NCBI GenBank assembly: GCA_964408455.1
Contig: CAYOZN010000023.1
Location: 34,471 to 98,470, forward strand
From: an uncultured Planctomycetaceae bacterium
GTDB taxonomy: Bacteria > Planctomycetota > Phycisphaerae > UBA1845 > UTPLA1
Length of the DNA: 64,000 nt
Reading direction: 5' to 3'
Shown here piece by piece: positions 48,336-57,210 of this stretch. The position numbers and the translations under genes are program-made. The notes under the pieces are model-generated. The model was given only the letters and a program-made list of their open reading frames with translations. It did no database searches and was not told where the DNA came from. Within the stretch, counting starts at the first letter, position 1; each line of letters begins with the position of its first letter.

Positions 48336-48495
48336 TGATGTGAGCCGGAACACGCTATCTCTCCGCACGCATAGCAACCCGATGCGCCAGCGAGGGCGTA
48401 TCACTGCCACTGCTCGCACACCAACCCGAAGCGCCAGCGAGGGAGTAGAATGGCTGCCATCGCTGGCACACCAACGCAGGACTCCGGCGCGGGCG

Positions 48496-48975
48496 TCAGG
48501 GCTGCTTTTTCGGCCGGTCCTTGATGCGCATCACCAGCCGCAGCCCCGACCAGGTGTCATCGATGGCACATACCTTGTTGTCGACCAGGCCCCCGCTCAG
48601 GGCGATTTCGCGAATGACGTCCTCCGTCATGTCTGTCGCAACGCCGGAGGCACGCTTTGGCCACGCAATCCACAAGCCGCAGGCCGGCGCCATGGCACTC
48701 TTCAACGCGGCGAACCTCTGTTGAAACGTGGCGCGACGGGTGAAGAAGGCCACGATGATGTCCAGTTCGCCGCCGCGCAGGGACGACCGCACCGCGACGC
48801 CGGTGGGAAGTTCCCCAAGTTTCTCGGAAAAGTCCGCAGGCGGACCAATAATCGCGATCCGACAGGACTCCTTGATTCCCAGCTTCTGTCGCAACGGTGT
48901 GCCGGAATAACCTGCCATGCCTGAAAATGCCTCCGCAAGTTCAGTAAACCTCGAATCTACATGCACTTTGCTCAA
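48496..48975 (-). CDS. DUF3052 family protein
   Basis: The IAIIGPPADF...LDIIVAFF pattern matches what I recall of DUF3052. Non-ATG start (TTG 48975 or GTG 48966), so the N-terminus is uncertain. Confidence 0.5.
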   Translation of the reverse strand: MSKVHVDSRFTELAEAFSGMAGYSGTPLRQKLGIKESCRIAIIGPPADFSEKLGELPTGVAVRSSLRGGELDIIVAFFTRRATFQQRFAALKSAMAPACGLWIAWPKRASGVATDMTEDVIREIALSGGLVDNKVCAIDDTWSGLRLVMRIKDRPKKQP

Positions 48976-49097
48976 TGCTGAACGCCCCGGCCGAGCGGTC
49001 GGCCGATGCCGATATCGAGCGTCGCGCGTCGCGGAACGGCAATTGCACTGCTACACTTCGCGGGGATGATGTCTTTCCCCCGCGGAGAGCAGCCATC

Positions 49098-51062
49098 ATG
49101 CCCATGTCCAGCAACTCGACGACACTCATGGAGCCGCCACCCGTCGGAACCCGCGTTCAGCCCGCCCGGTACAGGCCGTGGCAGGAGCGATATGAATCAC
49201 AGATTCGCTCCGCCGAGCAGGCGGTCTCAGTCGTGAAACACGGCCAGCGTGTATTCATCGGCTCGGGCGCCGGCGAACCGCAACTGCTGGTCGAGGCGCT
49301 GTCAGCGCGCGAAGACATCAGCGACACCGAGATCGTGCACATCCTGACGTTGGGCGTCGCCACCTATGCCGAGCCGCGCCTGGGGGACCGGTTCAGGCAC
49401 AACGCCTACTTCATCGGGCCGAACGTACGGCGGGCCATCGCCGAGGGCCGTGCCGACTACACACCGATTTTCCTGTCAGAGATCGCCGAGCAGTTCCTGT
49501 CCGGACGCGTCATCGTCGACGTGGCCATGATCCAGGTGAGCCCGCCGGACGAACATGGTTATTGCAGTTACGGCGTGAGCTGCGACGTGGTGAAGCCGGC
49601 GACGGAATGCGCGCGTTACGTCATCGCCGAGGTAAACGAGAACATGCCGCGCGTGCTGGGCGACAACTTCATCCACGTGCGGGATATCGACATCATGGTG
49701 CCGTGCGACCGGCCGGTGCTGGAAGCGGTGCAGGGGGAACCGGACGAACTCGCCAAGCGGATCGCACGGCACATCGCGAACCTGGTGGAGGACGGGGCGA
49801 CGCTGCAACTGGGCATCGGCACCATCCCCGACGCGGTGCTGCACTACCTGACCGACTTCAAGAACCTGGGCATTCACACCGAGATGTTCAGCGACGGCGT
49901 GATTCCGTTGATCGAGTCCGGCGTCATCAACAACCAGGAGAAGACGCTGCACAAGGGAAAGATCGTCGCCAGCTTCGTCATGGGCTCGCGCCGGCTGTAC
50001 GACTTCATCGACAACAACCCGCTGGTTGAGTTTCACCCGACGCATTACGTGAACGATCCCTTCCGCATCGCCCAGAACGACAAGATGATCAGCATCAACT
50101 CGGCCATTGAGGTCGATCTGACCGGCCAGGTGTGCGCGGACTCGCTCGGCGAGATGTTCTACAGCGGCATCGGCGGCCAGGTGGACTTCACGCGCGGCGC
50201 GGCACGCTCCAGGGGCGGCAAGCCGATTATCGCGCTGCCCTCGACGGCGCAGAACGAGACCATCTCGCGCATCGTTCCCTATCTCAAGCAGGGCGCCGGC
50301 GTCGTGACCAGCCGCGGCGATGTACACTACATCGTGACCGAATATGGCGCGGCATATCTGCATGGCAAGACCATTCGCGAGCGGGCAATGGCCCTGATTC
50401 AGATCGCCCATCCCAAGTTTCGTCCATGGCTGATCGCCGAAGCCAAGTCCCGCAACATGATCTACGCCGACCAGATCGAGCCGGTCATCCGTGCTCCGGT
50501 CTATCCCGAAGAGGACGAGCGCTGGGTGGAACTGAAGGACGGCACCAAGGCGTTTCTGCGACCGCTGAAGCTGACGGACGAGCCGCTGTTGCGTGCGATG
50601 TTCTATCAGCTTTCACCCGAATCGGTGCACTACCGCTTCTTCCGGATGATCAAGGCCATGCCGCACGAGAAGCTTCAGGAATTTCTGCGCGTGGACTACG
50701 ACGCCGACATGGCGATGGTCATGTTGACCGACAACGACGAGGACGCCGAGATGATGGGCATCGCGCACTACAGCAAGGATCCGCGGACCAACTTCGCCGA
50801 TGCGGCCTTTCTGGTTCGCGACAAGGATCAGGGCCGTGGGATCGGCACGCTTCTGATGAACACGCTGGTCGACGTGGCGCTGGAGCGAGGCGTATCGGGA
50901 TTTACCGCGGATGTCCTGATGGACAATCAAGGCATGCTTCGCATTTTCCACCGCTGTGGATATCCGGTGGAAAGTGAGCTGGAGGAGGGCGCGTACCGGC
51001 TGCGCATTCCATTCACCAAGAAGCGGCGGCGGAGGGCAAGCAAGGCGTCGGCGAGGAACTAG
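49098..51062 (+). CDS. acetyl-CoA hydrolase/transferase (4-hydroxybutyrate CoA-transferase-like) fused to C-terminal GNAT N-acetyltransferase domain
   Basis: N-terminal ~480 aa match the CoA-transferase family (VFIGSGAGEPQ, GIHTEMFSDG, EVDLTGQVCADSLG). C-terminal ~170 aa form a GNAT domain with motif A QGRGIGTLL. ATG at 49098. Confidence 0.75.
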   Translation: MPMSSNSTTLMEPPPVGTRVQPARYRPWQERYESQIRSAEQAVSVVKHGQRVFIGSGAGEPQLLVEALSAREDISDTEIVHILTLGVATYAEPRLGDRFRHNAYFIGPNVRRAIAEGRADYTPIFLSEIAEQFLSGRVIVDVAMIQVSPPDEHGYCSYGVSCDVVKPATECARYVIAEVNENMPRVLGDNFIHVRDIDIMVPCDRPVLEAVQGEPDELAKRIARHIANLVEDGATLQLGIGTIPDAVLHYLTDFKNLGIHTEMFSDGVIPLIESGVINNQEKTLHKGKIVASFVMGSRRLYDFIDNNPLVEFHPTHYVNDPFRIAQNDKMISINSAIEVDLTGQVCADSLGEMFYSGIGGQVDFTRGAARSRGGKPIIALPSTAQNETISRIVPYLKQGAGVVTSRGDVHYIVTEYGAAYLHGKTIRERAMALIQIAHPKFRPWLIAEAKSRNMIYADQIEPVIRAPVYPEEDERWVELKDGTKAFLRPLKLTDEPLLRAMFYQLSPESVHYRFFRMIKAMPHEKLQEFLRVDYDADMAMVMLTDNDEDAEMMGIAHYSKDPRTNFADAAFLVRDKDQGRGIGTLLMNTLVDVALERGVSGFTADVLMDNQGMLRIFHRCGYPVESELEEGAYRLRIPFTKKRRRRASKASARN

Positions 51063-51262
51063 TGATTCGACGTCGCGTCGGTTCGCGCGAGATATCTGCC
51101 GCAAACGAGCGCGACCGAAACGACGAAGGCATCCGACCCGTGGCAGTGTTCTGTGGCACCGGGTTCCTGCCGGTGACAAAGCGCCGCGTGTCGGATGCCC
51201 CGTCGAATCGGATAGGCATCACCTCCTTTCTGGTTTTCAAGCAGACTTTTCCGTATTCGCGC

Positions 51263-52384
51263 TCATTCCGCCGAAGTCACCAGGCCGCGCACCTGCTCGG
51301 CAAGGTCTCCCTGGCCGAACACGAACGTCGCCTTGGTCCCGCGGACGATCTCCTGCAAGAGCTCCAGCTCGCGCAGCCGCGCCAGCTTGGGGTTCTCCGC
51401 CAGCAGCTTCGCCGTGTTGGCCTGGCTGCGGGCCGCGGCGGTCTCCTCGCGACGCTTGATCAGGTTTGCCTGGGCCTGCTTTTCGGCCTCGATCACCTGG
51501 TTCAAGATCGCCTTCATCTCGCCGGGCAGGATGATGTCCTTGAGACCCACGCCGCGGACCTCGAGTCCGAGGGCCGTCGCGCGGGGCGCCAGCATGGCGC
51601 CCACTTCGCGGCCGATCGTCTCCTTGTCCGCCAGCAGCGCGTCCAGCGTGCGTGCACCGACCGTGGCACGCAGTGCAAGCTGCGCCTCGCGGTACAGTGC
51701 CTGCGCGTAGTCACTCACGGTCGTCAGCGCCTGCACGGGCTCGGTCACGATGTAGGTGACGAGCAGGTTGACGCGCAGCGTGACCTTGTCGCTGGTCATG
51801 ATCTCCTGACCCGCGACGTCGGCGTGCTGCTCGCGGCGGTCCACGCTCTTCCACGTCACCTTGCCCGCGCCCTTCCAGAACACGTGGCTGCCCTCGCCGA
51901 GGGTTTCCACCAGCTTGCCGTCTCGGAAGAGCAGCACCGTCTCGTGCGCAGCCACTTCCACGCCGGTCAGGAACTGGCTGGTGTTCCGGAAGGCGCAGAT
52001 GGCCTCGATGCGGGGATGCGCAAGGCGGAACTCGTTCACGTCGAACCGCTCGACCTTGAGCGCTGCGGGCGCCTTCCAGAAGGCGTGGCGGCCGGCGCCC
52101 ACGACGTAGGCGAGGCGACCGTCCTTCCAGATGAGCGCTCGCTCTTCGTCGGCCAGGTCGAGCACGATCAACTGATCGCGCACCGTGGAATCCTGCACGA
52201 TCATGTCGAGCAGCGGGTGCTCAAACTTGGTCTCAAGCGTGCTCACGATCTGCACGGTGTCACGACGCTGGCTCCACAGGCGACTCCACAGCCGGTACTC
52301 GCCGGGGGCGAGCAGCGCGCGGAAGTCGCCGTGGCGAAACGCCAGGCCGCGCTCGTGCTTGCGGATGCGAATCTTGGTCAACAT
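51263..52384 (-). CDS. SPFH/band-7 (stomatin/prohibitin-like) domain protein with distinct N-terminal domain
   Basis: Band-7 core (LRVNLLVTYIVTEP..., long Ala/Glu-rich helix EAEKQAQANLIKRREETAAARSQANTAKLL). Start chosen at ATG 52384 because of a GGAGGT SD-like motif 6 nt upstream. The ORF track extends to TTG 52420. Confidence 0.7.
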   Translation of the reverse strand: MLTKIRIRKHERGLAFRHGDFRALLAPGEYRLWSRLWSQRRDTVQIVSTLETKFEHPLLDMIVQDSTVRDQLIVLDLADEERALIWKDGRLAYVVGAGRHAFWKAPAALKVERFDVNEFRLAHPRIEAICAFRNTSQFLTGVEVAAHETVLLFRDGKLVETLGEGSHVFWKGAGKVTWKSVDRREQHADVAGQEIMTSDKVTLRVNLLVTYIVTEPVQALTTVSDYAQALYREAQLALRATVGARTLDALLADKETIGREVGAMLAPRATALGLEVRGVGLKDIILPGEMKAILNQVIEAEKQAQANLIKRREETAAARSQANTAKLLAENPKLARLRELELLQEIVRGTKATFVFGQGDLAEQVRGLVTSAE

Positions 52385-52412
52385 GTTCATACCTCCAATC
52401 ATGTCGCGTGCC

Positions 52413-52617
52413 AGCTTCAAGCAGTGCGAGTGGCCCCGTGTGCCACTGCTTCAAGCAGTGCGATTGCCAGTTGCCTTCCGTGTGCCACTGCTTCAAGCAG
52501 TGCGAATACCCGTTGCCTTCCGTGTGCCACTGCTTCAAGCAGTGCGATAGCCAGTTGCCTTCCGTGTGCCACTGCTACGGGCAGTGCAGGTTTTCGTGTG
52601 CCACTGCTTCAAGCAGT
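52413..52617. repeat. tandem palindromic hairpin repeat array, ~5 units of 42 bp (GTGTGCCACTGCTTCAAGCAGTGCGA + 16-bp near-identical linker); same element as 23893-24059, in inverse orientation
   Basis: Direct reading of the sequence. Followed at 52618-52680 by a GC-rich imperfect inverted repeat (GGGGCCGGCGGCGGGC ... GCCCCGCCGCCGGCCC). Confidence 0.9.
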
Positions 52618-53159
52618 GGGGCCGGCGGCGGGCGTCACAAGTGGCCTGAACATCACAGGCCCCGCCGCCGGCCCATCCCGACGCGCATTGGTCCCGACGC
52701 CCGGCAGCGGCATCACCGCGTGCCAGGGCGACAAAATTTCAAAATGCCCGGCGGGCAGGCATCGTTCCCGCGGGATGCCCCGCCTCGCGACGGAGTCCGG
52801 ACTATGGGTGACACCTGCGTGCCTGGGGCCTGGCAGCAGGCCGGCTGCAAACCGGCCGCACACCATCACCGGTTGAAAACCAGTGCCACAGGCACGTCGC
52901 GATGCCGCCTTGTTGTCCGGCTGCATGGCCGCTCGCGCGTTGTCGCGGGACGCGGCATCCGGGTCGTGGCGAAACGGATGCCGGCGCCCGCGCGACAGGC
53001 TCGCTCGCGGGCCCGAGAGACTGCCAGCCGGGTGCGCCAGTGCCACCGTGGCCGCACGGATCGAATGACCCGTGCCACACACATGCGGCCGACGCGGTTT
53101 TTCTTCTTCTGGTTCGTTACCAGGGGGAGTCGAACCCCACGGCCTTGCGGCCGCACCTT

Positions 53160-53231
53160 TTGGGTCGGGCAGGAGTCAAACCTGCGACGCGTGGGTGTCA
53201 GCCACGTGCTCTGTCAACTGAGCTACCGACA
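53160..53231 (-). tRNA. tRNA-Val (anticodon GAC)-like, atypical (A19-U56 instead of G19-C56; one U2-C71 acceptor mismatch)
   Basis: Folded by eye: acceptor GTGTCGG/CCGACCC, D-arm GCTC-AGTTGACA-GAGC, anticodon stem CGTGG/CCACG with loop CTGACAC (U33, GAC, A37), variable CGTC, T-arm GCAGG-TTTGACT-CCTGC, discriminator A. No CCA. Confidence 0.55.
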
Positions 53232-53589
53232 CTCGATCATGCGCACTTCGAAGCCGTGCGCGGAATACGGCGAGGCCAATCCACGGATGGATGCCTGCCG
53301 CACCGCCGGCATGCGCCGACCGAGGGAAACCCGAATCCATGTGTACGGCGTCCAGCGGATCAGCTTGCAGCCGCGTCCCGCCTTCAGCCGCGAACGAGTC
53401 GCATTCGCGAACATGACAATGCCTCCCGCAACGACTCACTCCTCAGAACATTCGCCGACTTCGCCGCGCCCACTCCGACACCCCATATGAGTGCCAGGCG
53501 AGTGCCCTTGGCGCGCGGCCACTCCGCTTGCGATCGGCGCGCTCAATCCACGCGCCCGATTCGCATTGCTCATGCACGTCGAAATCAGG

Positions 53590-53630
53590 CCAACAAAAAA
53601 GCCCCGCCGGTCCTTCGACCGACGGGGCTT
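53590..53630 (-). terminator. rho-independent terminator on the minus strand (GCCCCGTCGG...CCGGCGGGGC + TTTTTTGTT)
   Basis: Plus strand reads aaaaaaGCCCCGCCGGTCCTTCGACCGACGGGGCtt. The T-run is only on the minus-strand side. Confidence 0.45.
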
Positions 53631-54172
53631 GGTGAATCTGCATTCACAGCCAAATCAGCCGGGCGGACCAGTGGCGATTTCGTTCGCGCGATCGCCGACG
53701 AGGGACAGACCCTCGAACTGCGGCGCAAGCGCGACGTAACCGCGGGCGACGAACACGGGCGACTGCCCATGTTTCGGCGCGCAGGGCCAGTCGTTCATCG
53801 GGCGCGGCGAGGTGCCGGCGATGGACTGGCTTCTGCATATTCGTCCGAGCGACGTCATGGCTGATTGCTTTGCCTGGTTCGCAAAAAATGCCGAAAAACG
53901 GCCATTTTTTGCACATTTTTCCCGGTCCGCGGCATGCCCACTGCATTGCTGAAACGCGAACCGGCCCAAGTCAGACACCTTGAAATATACCGCGGTTTGA
54001 GTGTTCGTCAAGATTTTTTTTCATTTTATCGAGCAAATGCGTGCAACGCCGATTGCATCGGCTACCGAATGCCGCAGTTGCAGGTTCGCATCGTCCGCGT
54101 ACGCTATCTACAAACGCGAATACCGCGTCGAGGTATACAATTCGAACCGCGTCCCCGCACGCAGAGCACTTT

Positions 54173-55274
54173 CATGGCAAGCGACATCAAGCGCATCGGC
54201 ATACTGACGGGCGGCGGCGACTGCCCCGGCATCAACGCGGTCATCCGGGCGGTGACCAAGACGGCCATCCGCGATTATGGATGGGAATGCATCGGCATCG
54301 CCGACGGGTTTCTCGGGCTGATCGAAAACCACATGTACCCGCTGGGCTACGGCGACGTCTCCAACATCCTCACCCGGGGCGGGACCATCCTCGGCACATC
54401 CAACAAGGCGAATCCCGCGCGATTCGCCGTCGGCAAGGACGGCGCTGGCAATCCCATCTTCAAGGACGTACGCGATGTCGCCATGAAGCACTATGAAAGC
54501 CGCAAGCTCGACGCCCTCGTGGTCATCGGCGGCGACGGCACCATGAGCTGCGCCGCGACGCTCATCCCGATGGGCGCCCGCTTTGCCGGCGTGCCGAAGA
54601 CGATCGACAACGACCTGATGCACACGCACGTGACGTTCGGCTTTCAGACGGCCGTCGAGATCGCGACCGAGGCGCTCGACCGCGTACACACCACGGCGGC
54701 CAGCCACCATCGCATCATGGTTGTGGAACTGATGGGCCGAAATGCCGGATGGCTGACACTGCATGCCGGGCTTGCCAGCGGCAGCGACGTCATCCTGATT
54801 CCCGAGATACCCTACGATCTCGACGCCGTCCTCGCCTTCTGCAAGGACCGCATGGCCCACCACAAGCCCTTCACCATCGCAGCCGTCAGCGAAGGGGCGA
54901 AGCCCAGGGGCGGTGGCCAGTTCGTCCAGCGCACCATCGCCGACAGCCCGGATCCGATTCGCCTGGGCGGCATCGCCCATGTATTGCAGCAACAACTGGA
55001 GGACGGCACCGGCACAGAAGCCCGCGCCGTCGTGCTCGGCCACGTGCAGCGCGGCGGCACGCCGTGCGCCGCCGATCGCGTCCTCGCCACGCGCTTCGGG
55101 CACGCGGCGACCGAGCTGCTCGCAAAGGGCGCATTCAACCAGCTCGTCGTCGTTCGGCATGGCCGAATCGAGAGCGTGCCAATCACCGACGTGGCAAATC
55201 AACAGCGGCTCATCCAGCCGGATGAGCCGCTGATTGCCATCGCGCGATCAATTGGCACCTGCTTTGGAGACTGA
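54173..55274 (+). CDS. pfkA: ATP-dependent 6-phosphofructokinase
   Basis: GILTGGGDCPGINAVIRAV, RGGTILGTS and VIGGDGTM motifs, with Gly at both positions that discriminate ATP- from PPi-dependent enzymes. ATG at 54173 (the ORF track over-extends to 53865). Confidence 0.85.
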
Positions 55275-55290
55275 GGAGCGCCCCCGCCTT

Positions 55291-57210
55291 TTACGGCGAG
55301 CACGAATCGCCGGCCATCAGCAGGTCGATAAACGCGGCGACATCGTTCTCATCCGCGGCGCCGCTGCCGTCGATGTCCGCGCAATCGCAGGAACCGCCGG
55401 CGCCCAGAATGCAATCGACAAAGGGCTGAGCATCGCGCCCGTCGCGCATGCCGTCGGCCATGCAGTCGGCCGGGCACGGCTGACCGGGCACCTGCACCAT
55501 GACCGCGATGCTCTCCGGCGTTCCGGGGCGGAAGAGGCCGATCAGCATCTCCCCCTCGACAGGCGGCACATCGGCCGTGAACCAGAAGTTGTACATCGTG
55601 CCCCAGCGCAGGGCGTTGGTGTTGGGATTCTGGGCAAACGTCTGCGGGCTGGACCATTGGACGTTGGCGGCGGAGTCTGTCATCAGCCAGTCGGTATTGG
55701 CGTAAGGTTCACCGGAATGGTAGTCCACATCGTGGAAGCCAATGTTGGAGATGGCCGCGTTGCTCGTCTTGGGCACCGTGATCTGCGAGGCGCTGCGGTG
55801 GGAGTTGAGATTGTACACGGCGTAGTCGTACCGCCACTGATCGTTTGCGAGTTCCGTCACCTTGCAGCCCACGAAGAAGCGGCCTTCATCCGGCACGTCG
55901 ACGGGAACGATTGTCACGGATGGATCGGCGACGTTCGTGCCCAGGCCGTGCTGCTGCCAGGCATAGATGGCGGGAATGGTCTCAAACATGGCCCCGAATG
56001 GCGTCATGTTGTAGGGCGAGGCAGCAACATTCACGAGCTTGTAGGAAGCGTTATTCAGCGCATTGCCGGCCGTTGCATCGGCGGCGGCGACGTACACCCC
56101 TTCGACCAGGTACCGGGCGCCGGGATAGTTGGCGCTGGACAGGTCAACCTCCTTGATCTGCAGCCGCTCGGCGATGGTGCCGGACTGGGGAGATGACTGA
56201 CCGGGATACTGGCCGGTGAACGCATTGACGGCCGATCGCGGGCCGAGGATGCCCTGACCGCCGTTGTAGCTGGCGCCATAGACGTCGAGGCATCCGGCGC
56301 CGAGGACGCTGCCGCCCTGGTTGTTGCAATCAAATCCGCACCCATTCCCGGCAGCGGCGGTCGTTCCGTTCTTGACCCAGGACATGCCGATCTGTTCGAG
56401 GCGGCCGTCGAAGATGCGATAGGCATTCATGGCGAGGAGTGGCGTCGTCGCGCCCCACGGCAGGTTCTGCGTTCCGATGTTGCAGGTATTGCTGCCGAGC
56501 GAGTAGGCCCGGGTGCCGCCGACGGCGCCCCAGTTGGTGATGGCCGTCACATCTGAATAGATGACGTCAGGCCCGACGCTTTGGGCGCAGGGGTTCGGCG
56601 AGCACGGCGTGTTAAAGCCGAAGAATTCCCCGCCGGTATCGAGGCAATCCGCCTGAAGAACCTGGCTGCACGCATCATCGGAATAGCAGCAAGCGCCCGG
56701 CGTCGTCGCAAAATCGACGCAGGTGATGTTGAGCGTGCCGGTGCCGGAGCTGGTGGCCTGGTAGCCGCCGACGCGAATCAGGTAACAGTTGCCATCCAGG
56801 ACTGGAATCGTGACGGTTGAGGTGAATGTCGAGCAGCCCGAAGTATCGTCATTGCAGGCCGCAATCGAGGAGGAAAGCTGGGCGCAATCGCAACCATCGT
56901 ACACGACGAGATCGGTATCGTACTGGGCGGAGTTGCACGTGGACACCGTCAGCTCGCCGCTGCAACTTGCCTGGTAAGTGAACCAGATGTCGTTATACGT
57001 CTGGCCGTCGAACATGCAGCCGCCGTGTACCGGGCCGTCAGTCGTGGCCCCGATGGTGCTGAATGCGGTGGCGCCATCGGAAACGGGAATGGCATTTGCA
57101 CACAGGTTGTTGACGGGCTGAGCACTAACGCCGGAGACGGGCGCAAGTACGAGCGCGACAAGTAAAACGATCGACAACTTTGCGCATGCGCGCGACCGAG
57201 AATCTGACAT
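55291..57210 (-). CDS. secreted Cys-rich protein, paralog of 30923-33718 (PPC-like domains + 6-Cys module + dockerin-like motif)
   Basis: ATG 57210 and signal peptide. N-terminal PPC-like domain (NNLCANAIPV...NCYLIRVGGYQATSSGTGTLNITCV). GACCYSDDACSQVLQADCLDTGGEFFGFNTPCSPNPC module. C-terminal CADIDGSGAADENDVAAFIDLL. Confidence 0.65.
   Translation of the reverse strand: MSDSRSRACAKLSIVLLVALVLAPVSGVSAQPVNNLCANAIPVSDGATAFSTIGATTDGPVHGGCMFDGQTYNDIWFTYQASCSGELTVSTCNSAQYDTDLVVYDGCDCAQLSSSIAACNDDTSGCSTFTSTVTIPVLDGNCYLIRVGGYQATSSGTGTLNITCVDFATTPGACCYSDDACSQVLQADCLDTGGEFFGFNTPCSPNPCAQSVGPDVIYSDVTAITNWGAVGGTRAYSLGSNTCNIGTQNLPWGATTPLLAMNAYRIFDGRLEQIGMSWVKNGTTAAAGNGCGFDCNNQGGSVLGAGCLDVYGASYNGGQGILGPRSAVNAFTGQYPGQSSPQSGTIAERLQIKEVDLSSANYPGARYLVEGVYVAAADATAGNALNNASYKLVNVAASPYNMTPFGAMFETIPAIYAWQQHGLGTNVADPSVTIVPVDVPDEGRFFVGCKVTELANDQWRYDYAVYNLNSHRSASQITVPKTSNAAISNIGFHDVDYHSGEPYANTDWLMTDSAANVQWSSPQTFAQNPNTNALRWGTMYNFWFTADVPPVEGEMLIGLFRPGTPESIAVMVQVPGQPCPADCMADGMRDGRDAQPFVDCILGAGGSCDCADIDGSGAADENDVAAFIDLLMAGDSCSP

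Noticed and set aside
52408-53490. ORF-track protein beginning MPASSSASGPVCHCFKQCDCQLPSVCHCFKQC... (Cys/His-rich repeat peptide)
   Set aside because: The repetitive peptide is simply the hairpin repeat array translated in one frame. The ORF runs straight through the tRNA-Val gene and a GC-rich palindrome, so it is not a plausible gene. The same applies to 23267-24016 (+) and 23761-24084 (-) at locus A.
53105-53640. tmRNA (ssrA) hypothesis for the region containing a canonical T-arm plus ACCA downstream of the tRNA-like gene
   Set aside because: There is no matching 5' acceptor strand and no tag-peptide reading frame ending in the usual ...AA stop. The 3' end (TGGTAACGAACCA) does not match the conserved tmRNA ...TCCACCA terminus, and the first element folds as a complete tRNA on its own. 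It is better explained as tRNA-Val plus an orphan tRNA 3' fragment. Infernal would settle this.
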